This document shows positions 1-13,380 of a stretch of 63,045 nt of DNA, piece after piece. The DNA is from Octopus bimaculoides. Lineage: Eukaryota. The position numbers and the translations under genes are program-made. Numbering within the stretch: position 1 is the first letter of the stretch; the number at the start of each line of letters is the position of its first letter. Where the stretch lies: positions 17,362,854-17,425,898 of the forward strand of contig NC_068984.1 in the NCBI RefSeq assembly GCF_001194135.2, written 5' to 3'. The notes below the pieces were generated by a model that saw only the letters and a list, made by a program, of their open reading frames with translations, had not been told where the DNA came from and did no database searches.

Positions 1-39
<39 letters not shown>

Positions 40-921
40 GTAAAAATATGTGACACTTATTCGGTAGCCATGATTAAACTCCGAATAAGGGTAACATATT
101 TTCACAGATAAATTCCTCTATTTACATAATATTGAGGTCTCTTTCTTTCTTTTGTTGTCCTTTCTATCAATATATATATATAAATGATTGTCAGTTTTAA
201 TTTTAATGTGAACAGCTTAAGAGGAGAGATTTTGTATCAATGAACCAGGAGGTGTCTCATGGGGGTTGGCTTTGAAAGAGTTAAGAGAGACTCTTTGGTA
301 GCCAACTCCCATTATATATAACAGAAAATATATGAATTTTTATTTCAACTGGTCAATGTTTATTTCATAAGTTGATCACCACTTTTTTTTTCTATATAAT
401 TATGCAATTTTTTAATATTATTTTTTCTTCATCATTTTCTAGCAGAGAATGCAATTCATTTGTGTTTACAACAAATTATGAAAATGATTTGCTGTCAAAA
501 CAGATGAATTTCACTTCTTGTCAGGAAACCTTAGTGAAAAATAGATAACTGGAGAACGTTTCCAGACAAAAAGTCAGCTTTCTCGCCTAAAGATTTAATG
601 GAGAATTAACACGAACAACACATTTTTCATATAGTTGTCTGAATCAATGGGTTGTTTGTCTTAAATGAATACCTTTCTTGAAACCAATGAATGTATACTT
701 GTTTTTGTGATTTAATTTCTTGATCCTGTAAGAGTCATTTAACTGAAAATTATTCATCCTTCAAAGTTGAAAAAAAACAAAAACCAAACAAATCATGATT
801 GACGCTAGAAATAAATTTTAGCTATAAAACTTCTACAAGTTATGTATGCTCTAATTCATCTCTACCCATGCTCAGGAAAGATTAATGTTCATGGCTAAGC
901 CATGAACAAGATCAAGCAGTA

Positions 922-1144
922 TGAGAGGGTTCTGAAAAGTTCTTGGCTTTAAGGGTATCATGAAAAGCCTGGTTGGTGGCTCAATCTTCTGAGTTTTTTT
1001 ACAGAGCTTAGAAAAATTGAAGGACCGCTGTAATAAGTGTGTGAATCTGTGAGGGGAACATGTTGAATAGAATCATAACCAACTGATCCCCTGGTACTTA
1101 TTTTTTTTTTTACCCAAAGCCAGGAACTTTTCAGCACCCCTTTG
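922..1144 (+). mobile_element. Non-autonomous mariner-derived MITE (internally deleted)
   Basis: TIRs TGAGAGGGTTCTGAAAAGTTCTTGGCTTT / AAAGCCAGGAACTTTTCAGCACCCCTTTG flanked by TA. The interior resembles a mariner transposase C-terminus (CNKCVNL.GE.VE*). Second copy at 13381-13598. Confidence 0.8.
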
Positions 1145-1234
1145 TATGATAGGATTTTAGCTTTGAAATTTTTGTTGCAATGAAATTCACATTCTTTGAA
1201 TATCATATGGAATATACAATGAAAGCTGTACAGC

Positions 1235-1331
1235 CCCTTGGGCAAGTGTCTTCTACTATAGCCTCGGGCCGACCAAATCCTTGTGAGTGGATTTGATAGA
1301 CGGAAACTGAAAGAAACCAATCGTATATATG

Positions 1332-1362
<31 letters not shown>

Positions 1363-1585
1363 ATATGTTTGTGTGTCTGTGTTTGTCCCCCAACATCGCT
1401 TGACAATTGATGCTGGTGTGTTTACGTCCCTGTAACTTAGAGGTTCAGCAAAAGAGACTGATAGAATAAATACTAGGCTTACAAAAACAAAGTCCTGGGG
1501 TCGATTTGTTTGAGTAAAGGTGATGCTCCAGCATGGCCACAGTCAAATGACTGAAACAAGTAAAAGAATAAAAGAGTAAAGAGAA
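1235..1585 (+). mobile_element. SINE family A, 5'-truncated
   Basis: Near-identical body to copies at 23470, 30428, 44425, 52570 and 57768, with an internal (TA)n(TG)n hinge and a 3' ...GACTGAAACAAGTAAAAGA tail. Confidence 0.85.
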
Positions 1586-2045
1586 TGAATCTCGATTCTC
1601 TGCTGATAGTAGCAGATCAAGCAACACCAATGCTTGCTCAAGTCTGCTTGGATGGCTCTGAGCATGAACTTAAGACCAGCTTTCTGCTACAGTCTAGATT
1701 TGACCTCTATATCCTTGAGAAACTGGCAAGATGAGTTGGTTAAAATAAGCTGATAAAACCCCAACTGATTTTAACAATGAGCTCAGTTGTTCAATCAATA
1801 AATGTCTGACTCATTTAATTAATGATGATAATGACAATGTTGATGATGGTGGCAGTAGCATATGTGGGTGAGTATTTCACAGACATGTATACTTTTAATG
1901 TAATTCTCAAGTGAAACCAACACAGCACAATATGTGACAAGGATGGACCTTTGAATTATAGATCAGAGAGATTAGGGAGTCTCCCTAGGTTGAGTTGTTA
2001 CTCATTTGCATTGAGGGGTCACAGAACAATTATGGTGTATCTGGT

Positions 2046-2308
2046 GAAGGTGTGTGGCTTCATGGTTAGAGCATTTGGCTCAGAGTTATATGATCATGAG
2101 TTCGATACTTAGTGGTGCCCTGTGTCCTTGAGCAAGACACTTTATTTCATGGTGCTCCAGTCCACTCAGTTGGCAAAAATGAGTAGTACCTGTATTTCAA
2201 AGAGCCATGCCTTGTCACATTCTGTGTCATGCTGAATCTCCCTGAGAACTACATCAAGGGTACATGGTGTCTGTGGAATGCTCAGCCACTTGCATGTTAA
2301 TTTCACAA
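2046..2308 (+). mobile_element. tRNA-headed SINE family B
   Basis: A-box/B-box-like head (TGGCTTCATGGTTAG...GAGTTCGATAC) and body shared with 14345-14630 (-) and 48265-48600 (+). Confidence 0.8.
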
Positions 2309-3641
2309 ATAAGCATCCAAAGGCTAGATCCTCCTCCTCCTGCTTTAAAGCCCAACCCAATGCATGGGTTGGATGGTTTGACAGGAGCTGGCAAGGCCAG
2401 GAGGTGTATCAGGTTCTGCTGTCTCTTTTGGAATAGTTTCTACAGTTGGATGACCTTATTAACACCAGTCACTTTACAGAGTGTACTGGGTGCTTTTTAT
2501 ATGGCCCAAGCACTGGTGCTTTTTACATGGCCCCAGCACCAACAAGGTTACCAAGTACCTTGCAAAAAAGAAAGAAAGAAATGGTGATGTTAAACTAAAT
2601 GATGGATTAAGCCTACTGTTTAAAAACAGAAATGGTTCTTCTGAAAAGTTTCTACAGATTCTACTACCAACCAAATTTCATTCACAAGGAATAGTTAAAC
2701 CTGAGGCCACAACAGAAAACCCTTGCTTTTGCTGCCACTCAGAGGGATTGAACTTAGAACAGGGTAGATGTAAAGTAAAACTCTTGCCTCTAGAACCACA
2801 CCTATTTGATGTATCTGTTAGACCTCAGAACCATGCCAGCTTGTTATAGCTGTCACTTCTAAACAGTAAAATGGGTTTTAGAGAGTTATTTTAGAGAAAA
2901 GCAGATATTAAGGAATCATTAATTACAGTGGCAGCCATTATTTTTGTTTCATGATTTTAAACATGGAAACATGAATAAATACTCTTTTACAAGTTTTAAA
3001 ATCATCTAATGATATCTGAATTAATACGGTAACTTAGTGACTTAGTATTGATGCTGTACTTTGGTCATAAAAGTGGGTAGCTTTATATGTTATCTGTTTT
3101 CAATAATTAGCTTGATGCAGTGAGAGTTTTCAACTATTTGGTTATAAAATATATTGTATGAGTGACATGGCTTATATATTATGACATAGCACACAAACTA
3201 CATCAATGCTGTTTAGTAATTTTGGACATCAGCATATATGATGACTATGTTGTATACTTAGCATATTTATGTATTCCCCAAAGCGTAAATTGCTGTTTCA
3301 ACATCTTGTTTCTAAAGTGTTCATGTCACAGTTATTTTTTTATGCTATAGAAGGCAGGCAATTACCATGATGTAATATTTCCATGAAGTTCTCATACTTC
3401 ATATCAAGTATTTTTCGTGTGTGTGATATAGTTTAAATGCTCTAGTTATGGCAAAGGAGACATATTGTGACATTTCATAGATCAACACTGATATCAGTAA
3501 CATATCGCATATCAATACTACTATCAATAATAAATTATGTAACAATAATTATATGCATCAGTAGTGTTTTATATCTGTAACATATGTACCAACATCAGTA
3601 CTGTATCATTAAATAAACTGTTGATCTTCTCTTTGGTGCAG

Positions 3642-3708
3642 GATTCTGCCTGAAATGTTAAACTTCTCTTCCACATGGCAAAATGATTTACTTCACTTTG
3701 AAGTGATG
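3642..3708 (+). CDS. Candidate internal exon of an unidentified host gene (ILPEMLNFSSTWQNDLLHFEVM)
   Basis: Acceptor ttctctttggtgcag|, donor ATG|gtatgt, 67 bp with an open frame (phase 2 to 0). The donor abuts a decayed SINE head, so it may be chance. Confidence 0.35.
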
Positions 3709-3838
3709 GTATGTGCTCTAGTAATTTGGATGTTGCACACAAGATTGTCAGATCATGGGTTCAATTCCCAGACCAGGCAGCATGTTGTATTCTTGAGCAA
3801 AACACTTCATTTCATATTGTTCTAGTGCTGTGTAGGGA

Positions 3839-4138
3839 CATCATCATCATCATCATCATCGTTTAATGTCCGCTTTCCATGCTAGCATGGGTTGGACGAT
3901 TTGACTAAGGACTGGCGAACCAGATGGCTGCACCAGGCTCCAATCTGATCTGGCAGAATTTCTACAGCTGGATGCCCTTCCTAACGCCAACCACTCCGAG
4001 ATTGTAGTCGGTGCTTTTACATGCCACTGGCACGACGGCCAATCAGGCAGTACTGGCAATGGCCATGCTTAAATAGTGTTTTTTACATGCCACCTGCACA
4101 GGAGCCAGTCCAGTGGCACTGGCAACGACCTCGCTCGA
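3839..4138 (-). mobile_element. RTE LINE 3'UTR copy (5'-truncated) with (GAT)n tail
   Basis: Matches the 3'UTR that follows the RTE stop codon at 57222; ends ...GGAAAGCGGACATTAAAC(GAT)n on the minus strand. Confidence 0.85.
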
Positions 4139-4329
4139 GGCATGTCAAAGGATACTCAATGTTTCCTCAATGTTTCTTAACTAAAAGAGATCAATAGTAA
4201 GTTAGAAGAGTCATTGAAAGAGTTTCTATGTAATTGCTTATTCTGCAAGAAATAGTAGCCATTATCTCCCTAAAATTACACTTTACTGTCATGAAAAGAA
4301 AAAAGAAGAATCCAATGATATAGTTCTGG

Positions 4330-4565
4330 GTGTTATTTCTTTTACTACCCACAAGGGGCTACACACAGAGGGGACAAACAAAGACAGACAAACGGATTAA
4401 GTCGATTATATCGACCCCAGTGCATAACTGGTACTTATTTAATCGACCCCGAAAGGATGAAAGGCAAAGTCGACCTCGGCGGAATTTGAACTCAGAACGT
4501 AGTGGCAGACGAAATACCGCTAAGCATTTCGCCCGGCGTGCTAACGTTTCTACCAGCTCGCCTCC
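4330..4565 (-). mobile_element. tRNA-headed SINE family C
   Basis: Minus-strand head GGCGAGCTGGTAGAAACGTTAG...GAGTTCAAATTCC. Other copies at 29885-30120, 34140-34330, 42262-42475 and 51370-51550. Confidence 0.8.
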
Positions 4566-4574
4566 TTTTTTCCT

Positions 4575-4810
4575 TTTAAAGCCTAGCCAGACTCATGGGC
4601 CCGGTTTCCCGGTTTCAATGGCGTATGTGTTCCCCAGCTGGACGGGATGCCAGTCCATCGCAGCGTTACTCATTTTTGCCAGCTGAGTGGACTGGAGCAA
4701 CGTGAAATGAAGTGTTTTGCTCAAGAACACAACGCGTCACCCGATCCAGGAATCGAAACCACAATCTTATATCATGGTGCTGACACCCTAACCGCTAGGC
4801 CACGTGCCTC
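4575..4810 (-). mobile_element. tRNA-headed SINE, family B variant (GCCTGGCTAGGCTTTAAAA tail)
   Basis: Highly similar to 62305-62550 (-); tail also at 31150-31235 (+). Confidence 0.8.
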
Positions 4811-5885
4811 CACATATAGTTCTGATATAGTTCTGGGTGTACCATATCTGGAAGAACGATGGAGTAGTCATGACTGGAACGTCTTTGATTATAGGTCTGT
4901 TCAAACAAGGATGACTTGGGCAAAGCAACAATATGATTAAGTCAGTGATAATATATTTAAAGAAGAGAGCATTAAAAAGCTAACTAGAAATAATTATGTG
5001 GTGAGGAAAAGATAATGGTAGTGAATGACCTGTTTTATCTTAATTATCCCAGCAAGCATGGGAGAAAAATCGTGGCATGTTTCAGTCTTATTAGACTTTT
5101 TAGCAAAGTATAGACTCAGATCATCATCCATTTGGAAAACAATAGCTAATTAATATTAACATATTTAACACAGCATGTGTTAACAAGCTGTTTGTGACAG
5201 ATTTTAACTTGTAAATGCAAATTCACAGCAGTTACCATGGCAGAAAAATTCTCTCTTATGGTAAAAGGTGTAAAAATACCATATCTCCCCAGTGCTTCCC
5301 TCTAGCGGATTCCCAGGCACTAAGGCTTTTAGTTAAAGCTATAGTTATGAATCTGCCCAGGGTTATCTCTCTTCAGTATTTCCCATTGACGAATGAGAAA
5401 GAGCCAGAAATGTACATCTAGGAATCTGCTAAAGGGAAGCACTGGGTAGATATATTTTTACATCTTTTGCCATAAGAGAGAGATTCTTTTTTCCTCCACA
5501 GTAACTGCAGCAGATTTGCCTTTTAGAAGTTAAAATATGTCACAAATATATTTTAACTAACCTAAAATTCATTTATTTTTGTAAGTTTTGTGTAAATTAG
5601 ATGGCTGTTAAAAGTGCAGCTATTTTAGTTGTTGAGACCACACTCTCTCTGGTTACAATCCTAGTTACGACCATGTGTGTATCTACAATAATTACATCAA
5701 TATTATGTTTTGATTAGTTTCATCTTTAATAATCATATACTGTTTTATTTCCAGATGTATCTCAGATGGGAATATTTCTATATTAAGAGTAATAATGGTC
5801 TTATACCATTCATTATATGATTGAATTTTGTTTCTTACCCATATACTTCCTGAAAATGCAGTAACATAGCTATAGTTAGGGGCAA

Positions 5886-6495
5886 TCATCATCATCATCA
5901 TCATCGTCGTTTAACGTCTGCTTTCCATGCTGGCATGGGTTGGACGATTTGACTGAGGACTGGCAAGCCAGAAGGCTGCACCAGGCTCCAGTCTGATCTG
6001 GCAGAGTTTCTACAGCTGGATGCCCTTCCTAACGCCAACCACTCTGAGAGTGTAGTGGGTGCTTTTACATGCCACCGGCACGAGGGCCAGTCACATGGTA
6101 CTAGCAACGGCCACGCTCAAAAAGGTGTTTTTTACGTGCCACCTGCACGGGAGCTAGTCTAGCGGCAGTGGCAATGATCTCGCTCGAATGATTTTCTAAC
6201 GTACCACCAGCACAAGTGCTAGAAGGCAGTGCTGGTAACAATTATGCTCAAATGGTGCTATTTACGGGCCACCAGCATGGAAGCCAGACAGCTGCTCTGG
6301 CAATGAACACGCTCGGACAGTACTGTTAGTGCTCCACTGGCACAGGTGCCAGTCATCGAGTATGGTTCAATTATGATTTCACTTGCCCCAACAGGTCNNN
6401 NNNNNNNACAGTACTGTTAGTGCTCCACTGGCACAGGTGCCAGTCATCGAGTATGGTTCAATTATGATTTCACTTGCCCCAACAGGTCTTCACCC
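5886..6495 (-). mobile_element. RTE LINE 3'UTR copy, long, with internal ~60 bp subrepeats
   Basis: Aligns along its length with 56551-57050; contains a 10-N gap with duplicated flanks. Confidence 0.85.
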
Positions 6496-7325
6496 CAGGT
6501 GATGCTTATATGGAATTTATACTTTTGGGTCTACTGGAAAAAGCTATCTAGAGAGTAGGGACAGAGAAGGGGTTAGAAATTGAAGGGCTGCCTGAGTGGC
6601 ACATACTTTAACTATGTCATTGTGAAAGTGTTAAGAATTCAGGATTGAAGCTTGAAATGTACTGTATTCTTGACCATGGGAGAACTTTCAGCTAAATTAA
6701 TAAATATATCAGAAGAAACTTTAATGGTGGATGTCTACTTTTAACTTCGAGGATGATGGAGTTATTGCTCGTAGTTTAGAAGTAAAGGTTCCTTGTTTGA
6801 GTCCAGTCAAAAGTGATTTATTCATATAGAAATAAGACACCTGATAATGATTAAAGATCAAAAGACGTTGAAAATGGGCTCTTAAAAAGTCAGTAATCCA
6901 GAAAATTCTAATTTATCAACAACTCACCTTAGACATTTTAGACCCATTTACTACTAGCAAGATGATGATGTGGATGTAAATGTAAATCACAGTTATCACC
7001 ACCACCACCACCACCACTGCCACCATCCCCCCACCACCACCACTGCCACTGCCACTGCCACTGCCACCACCTCAAACACCACTAAAACCATGATAACAAA
7101 AATGATGGTCATCATTACCACCACTGCTGTTGCTACTGCNNNNNNNNNNNNNNNNNNNNNNNNNNNNNNNNNNNNNNNNNNNNNNNNNNNNNNNNNNNNN
7201 NNNNNNNNNNNNNNNNNNNNNNNNNNNNNNNNNNNNNNNNNNNNNNNNNNNNNNNNNNNNNNNNNNNNNNNNNNNNNNNNNNNNNNNNNNNNNNNNNNNN
7301 NNNNNNNNNNNNNNNNNNNNNNNNN

Positions 7326-7610
7326 CGAAGGCCAGTCAGGCGGTACTGGCAACGATCTTGCTCGAATGTATTTTCCCATGCTACCGGCATCACGAGAGAC
7401 AGATAGCTGCTCTGGTAATGAATACGCTCGGACGGTGCTCTTAGTGCTCCACTGGTACAGATGCCAACACGATTTCAATTTCAATTGCCTCAACAGGTCT
7501 TCGCACGCGGAGTTTAGTGTCCAATGAAGGAAAGGTAAGCATAAGTGGGCTGGCTACACCCCTGGCAGAGGCCTCGGATTAATGTCTCACTTGGCTTGCC
7601 GGGTCTTCTT
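7326..7610 (-). mobile_element. RTE LINE 3'UTR proximal part including the ORF stop region
   Basis: Aligns with 56740-57240, including TCTCACTTGGCTTGCCGGGTCTTCT (reverse of EKTRQAK*). Confidence 0.8.
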
Positions 7611-9029
7611 GTATCTATTTATTTCTTTGTTATATTATTGTTGACATGCTGAACCAAATGCTAAGCAGTTCAATTCCAGCCAAAGTCGACTTTACTTTTC
7701 ACCTTGATAAAAATAAAAGGACCAGTTGAGTCCAAGGGTCGGTATAATCAACTTACTTCCTCCTCCAAAATTGCTGGCTTTGTGTCAAAATTTGAGACTA
7801 ATATTGTAAATGTCTGTCTAATATTGAATAAACAACATTATTCCTTTTTAATGTTATAAATGTCTGTCTTGTGTTGATTAAGAAACAAAACTGCTATATT
7901 GCTAAATAAACTGTTACTTTGCTGTATTACATTACTATAATATACATCTATATGATTATTATGAAGTTGTTATGACATGACAAATATGTTACACTTCTGA
8001 TAATGTTTAAAATGGCTGTTTATTTTGCAGAATAACTTTTGTAACAGATTCCAGACAAGATTTTTGTTTTAATGACATAATTTTCTAAAAACATTATTAA
8101 TGTTATTAATATTAGAAGTGCTTGAATCATAGCTGTATCCATAATTGCTGCAATTATATTTAAAAACAAAAACAAAATGTTGCAATGTTATTATTTTTGA
8201 GTAATAAAATTACTAAGTGAATAGATTTTATATTTAAGTACATCACAAATATTTCTATTACAAACCAATCCGGTTAACATTAATTGTAATAATGTAACTT
8301 CAATAATTAATTTAGCATTGATTTAAGCCGAATAATCTATGTCCATTTACTAAATTCTTTGAAACAGCAGCTGGTTTTCATGTGAAAATATTATATTCTA
8401 TGCCTACTCCATAATTTTCGTTATAGACTCAGCACTGAATAATATATGCAGTGCCTTCCTGTCATAATTATGTGGAATCTAGTACAAAGATATTCTGCTG
8501 CAACCTCATACTGACCAATGCTTTGTCAAAGGAATTTGGTAGGTGGAAACCGTGTCAAAACTTGTGAAAGAGACCCATCCTATTTAACAGTGATAGACTT
8601 CGTCTGTCAATCTAGGTTAACACTATCACTTGGCCCTTGGATGCCTTTAGCTGGGTCTGTTGCAAGCGTTTCAGCCAGGTCTGCAATTTGATGACAACTT
8701 GCCTCCTATTCCTTCCAACAGACTTGGAATCTCTGATAAAGGTCATAGGCATATCTCACCATATAAAAGCACCCATATGGTGCCATGTAAAAGCTCCCTT
8801 GTGGAGCCACGTAAAAGCACCCAACACACTCTGTAAAGAGGTTGGCATTAGAAAGGGCATCCGGCCATAGAAACCATGCCAAATCAAACTGGAGCTTGGT
8901 ACAGCCCCCACCCCAGCTTGTCAGCTCTGGTCAAACTGTCCGACTCATGCCAGCATGGACAATGGACATTTGATGATAATGATGATGATGATGAAAATAA
9001 TACATAAATAGATTGGAATTTTGTTTCAC

Positions 9030-9420
9030 AAGCATGGCCGTGTGGTTGAGAAGCTTATTTCCCAACCATGTGGTCTTGGGTTCTATCTCATTGCATGGTA
9101 CCTTGTACACATATCATCTGCTATAGTCCTGGGCCAATCAAAGTGTTGTGAGTGAATTTCTTAGATGGAAACTGTGTGTTCCCTTGTCTTGACATCATGT
9201 GATGTTTACAAGCAAGCATCACCAGTATACAAGTGATGCTGTTCATTTTTAGTCTTCCGTGTAAAACATTTCCAATGGTTGTGGGGAAATGTTAGTGTGC
9301 TTGGAGACAGGTGAGAGTTTGCAACAAGAAGAGCATCCAGCCATAGAAAATCCACCCCTACAAATTTTATCTGACCCATGCAAACATGGAAAAGAGGACG
9401 TTAAAAGGATTATGATGACG
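9030..9420 (+). mobile_element. Composite SINE: family A head + module D + RTE-type (GAT)n tail
   Basis: Head as in family A. The right module matches 13655-13900, 27840-28056 and 54185-54400 and ends CATGCAAACATGGAAAAGAGGACGTTAAA. Confidence 0.7.
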
Positions 9421-10119
9421 ACGACGACGACGATGATGATGATGACGATGATGACGATGATGATGATGATGATGACGATAAGGTTGATGATGAGGATAAT
9501 GATGAAGATTATGATGACGATAACAATGATATTGATGAGAATAATGATGAAGTTGATGATGATGATGATGATGACAATGATGACGATNNNNNNNNNNNNN
9601 NNNNNNNNNNNNNNNNNNNNNNNNNNNNNNNNNNNNNNNNNNNNNNNNNNNNNNNNNNNNNNNNNNNNNNNNNNNNNNNNNNNNNNNNNNNNNNNNNNNN
9701 NNNNNNNNNNNNNNNNNNNNNNNNNNNNNNNNNNNNNNNNNNNNNNNNNNNNNNNNNNNNNNNNNNNNNNNNNNNNNNNNNNNNNNNNNNNNNNNNNNNN
9801 NNNNNNNNNNNNNNNNNNNNNNNNNNNNNNNNNNNNNNNNNNNNNNNNNNNNNNNNNNNNNNNNNNNNNNNNNNNNNNNNNNNNNNNNNNNNNNNNNNNN
9901 NNNNNNNNNNNNNNNNNNNNNNNNNNNNNNNNNNNNNNNNNNNNNNNNNNNNNNNNNNNNNNNNNNNNNNNNNNNNNNNNNNNNNNNNNNNNNNNNNNNN
10001 NNNNNNNNNNNNNNNNNNNNNNNNATGATGATGATGATGGTAATGATGAAGATGATGATGATGATGATAACAATGATATTGATGAGAATAATGATGAAGA
10101 TGATGATGACAATGATGAC

Positions 10120-10150
<31 letters not shown>

Positions 10151-10290
10151 ACGATGACAATGATGATAATGATGATGATGATGATGGTAATGATGAAGAT
10201 GATGATGATGATGATAACAATGATATTGATGAGAATAATGATGAAGATGATGATGATGATGAAGATGATGAAGAAGATGATGATGACCCC
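9410..10290. repeat. Compound (GAT)n microsatellite with higher-order duplication and an N gap
   Basis: Direct reading; a block of ~85 bp recurs at ~10025 and ~10178. Confidence 0.95.
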
Positions 10291-10919
10291 ATACAAATGC
10301 TAAGAATCAACACCCAAAGCTTGTAATAAGCAGTTTCCATGGTGGAAGACCCTCTTTGAGCCACCAACTCTTTTCATATTACGTCAGTAAAATAAATTAG
10401 TTAACTAAAACAGAATCTAAAGGGAGATTTCTACACTTTTCTTTAGATGTTTCAAACGAATAACAACTTAGCTTTCATTCAACATTAGTTCAGTCTTGAC
10501 TTCTTCATCTCGCTGGCTTCTTAGTTACAAGCACACTAATTTTAACAATTAACACAAGCTTAATTACTTATGAAATTGTACTATGTGCATCAACAGCATC
10601 AGCAGTATCATGAGCATAATCATTATAGATACATACCACCACCACTACTACCGTCTCCAGCAGCAGCAGCACCACCACCACTACCATCAAACCTCACCTT
10701 CTATCATTACCACTTTCTATTATCCCCTATAGTAAAGTTTGACTGTTTCTGAAAGCAAATTCTTTGAAAAACTTGCATGAACTTTTAATAAAGTCTGAAG
10801 TTTTGTATTATTGGTTGTTATTGTCATTGATTTTGCTGTTGTTTTGAGTTCCCATCATTTCTGATCAATCTGATCAATGATGCAAGGGGCTCTAACATTA
10901 TTTTTGTTTCTATGAGTGA

Positions 10920-11225
10920 GATCGTTATTCGAGCGAGATTGTTGCCAGTGCCGCTGGACTGGCTCCTGTGCAGGTGGCACGTAAAATACACCATTTCAAG
11001 CGTGGCCGTTGCCAGTACGGCCTGACTGGCCTTTGTGCCGGCGACACGTAAAAGCACCCACTACACTCTTGGAGTGGTTGGCGTTAGGAAGGGCATCCAG
11101 CTGTAGAAACTCTGCCAAATCAGATTGGAGCCTGGTGTAGCCATCTGGTTCACCAGTCCTCAGTCAAATCGTTCAACCCATGCTAGCATGGAAAGCGGAT
11201 GTTAAACGATGATGATGATGATGAT
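10920..11225 (+). mobile_element. RTE LINE 3'UTR copy with (GAT)n tail
   Basis: Same family as 3839-4138, opposite orientation. Confidence 0.85.
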
Positions 11226-12289
11226 GTCTATTTAGGGTCACAAGACATGTGGCTTAGTGGTTAGGGCATTTGGCTCACGAACGTGAGTTCGATTCCTGGC
11301 AACNNNNNNNNNNNNNNNNNNNNNNNNNNNNNNNNNNNNNNNNNNNNNNNNNNNNNNNNNNNNNNNNNNNNNNNNNNNNNNNNNNNNNNNNNNNNNNNNN
11401 NNNNNNNNNNNNNNNNNNNNNNNNNNNNNNNNNNNNNNNNNNNNNNNNNNNNNNNNNNNNNNNNNNNNNNNNNNNNNNNNNNNNNNNNNNNNNNNNNNNN
11501 NNNNNNNNNNNNNNNNNNNNNNNNNNNNNNNNNNNNNNNNNNNNNNNNNNNNNNNNNNNNNNNNNNNNNNNNNNNNNNNNNNNNNNNNNNNNNNNNNNNN
11601 NNNNNNNNNNNNNNNNNNNNNNNNNNNNNNNNNNNNNNNNNNNNNNNNNNNNNNNNNNNNNNNNNNNNNNNNNNNNNNNNNNNNNNNNNNNNNNNNNNNN
11701 NNNNNNNNNNNNNNNNNNNNNNNNNNNNNNNNNNNNNNNNNNNNNNNNNNNNNNNNNNNNNNNNNNNNNNNNNNNNNNNNNNNNNNNNNNNNNNNNNNNN
11801 NNNNNNNNNNNNNNNNNNNNNNNNNNNNNNNNNNNNNNNNNNNNNNNNNNNNNNNNNNNNNNNNNNNNNNNNNNNNNNNNNNNNNNNNNNNNNNNNNNNN
11901 NNNNNNNNNNNNNNNNNNNNNNNNNNNNNNNNNNNNNNNNNNNNNNNNNNNNNNNNNNNNCACCCACCCCCTCTCGCTCTCTTCCTCTCTCTCCCTCTCT
12001 GAAGAAAGACAACCATGCAAAAATGTTAGGTGTTTCTTCTTCCTCACAGCATTAAATATACATGGCTATAGGTTTAGGGATGGCTGTGTGGTTAAGAAGC
12101 TTGCTGCTCAGACATGAGGTTTCAGGTTCAGTCCCACTGTATGGCACTTTCGATAAGTATCTTCTACTATAGTCCTAAAGCAACCAAAGCCTTGTGGATG
12201 GATTTGGGAGACAGAAACTCAAAGACGTCTATCACACATACGTGTGTGTTTGTGTATATGAGGTGGTACTAATGTGCTCCTAGTTATTC

Positions 12290-12569
12290 TTTTATTCTTT
12301 TATTTGTTTCAGTCATTTGACTATGGCCATGCTGGAGCACCGCCTTTAGTCGAGAAAATCGACCCCAGGACTTATTCTTTGTAAGCCTAGTACTTATTCT
12401 ATNNNNNNNNNNCACCGCCTTTAGTCGAGAAAATCGACCCCAGGACTTATTCTTTGTAAGCCTAGTACTTATTCTATCAATCACTTTTTGCCGAACCGCT
12501 AGGCTACGGGGACGTAAACATACCAGCATCGGAGGGACAAGCACAGACACACAAGCATATACACACACG

Positions 12570-12601
<32 letters not shown>

Positions 12602-12613
12602 CGCACGCACACG
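12290..12613 (-). mobile_element. SINE family A right module
   Basis: Reverse complement of the family A body, running into a (CA)n hinge and an N gap. Confidence 0.8.
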
Positions 12614-13295
12614 NNNNNNNNNNNNNNNNNNNNNNNNNNNNNNNNNNNNNNNNNNNNNNNNNNNNNNNNNNNNNNNNNNNNNNNNNNNNNNNNNNNNNNN
12701 NNNNNNNNNNNNNNNNNNNNNNNNNNNNNNNNNNNNNNNNNNNNNNNNNNNNNNNNNNNNNNNNNNNNNNNNNNNNNNNNNNNNNNNNNNNNNNNNNNNN
12801 NNNNNNNNNNNNNNNNNNNNNNNNNNNNNNNNNNNNNNNNNNNNNNNNNNNNNNNNNNNNNNNNNNNNNNNNNNNNNNNNNNNNNNNNNNNNNNNNNNNN
12901 NNNNNNNNNNNNNNNNNNNNNNNNNNNNNNNNNNNNNNNNNNNNNNNNNNNNNNNNNNNNNNNNNNNNNNNNNNNNNNNNNNNNNNNNNNNNNNNNNNNN
13001 NNNNNNNNNNNNNNNNNNNNNNNNNNNNNNNNNNNNNNNNNNNNNNNNNNNNNNNNNNNNNNNNNNNNNNNNNNNNNNNNNNNNNNNNNNNNNNNNNNNN
13101 NNNNNNNNNNNNNNNNNNNNNNNNNNNNNNNNNNNNNNNNNNNNNNNNNNNNNNNNNNNNNNNNNNNNNNNNNNNNNNNNNNNNNNNNNNNNNNNNNNNN
13201 NNNNNNNNNNNNNNNNNNNNNNNNNNNNNNNNNNNNNNNNNNNNNNNNNNNNNNNNNNNNNNNNNNNNNNNNNNNNNNNNNNNNNNNNNNNNNNN

Positions 13296-13339
<44 letters not shown>

Positions 13340-13380
13340 AGATAGATAGATAGACACACATACACACATTTATATTTGTA

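Noticed and set aside
6318-6487. Exact direct repeats either side of 10-N gaps (also 12339-12477 and 46400-46555)
   Set aside because: Typical of overlapping contig ends joined by a fixed 10-N spacer; assembly artefact rather than biological duplication.
6500-6830. Coding-like fragments including GSTGKS (Walker A-like)
   Set aside because: The Walker A spacing is wrong and the frames are broken; no family could be supported.
9249-10367. Long poly-D/M/I/S ORFs (also 49592-50375, 59844-61043, 38618-39850, 15727-16546, 14624-15103)
   Set aside because: Translations of trinucleotide, dinucleotide or tetranucleotide microsatellites; open in several frames for that reason.
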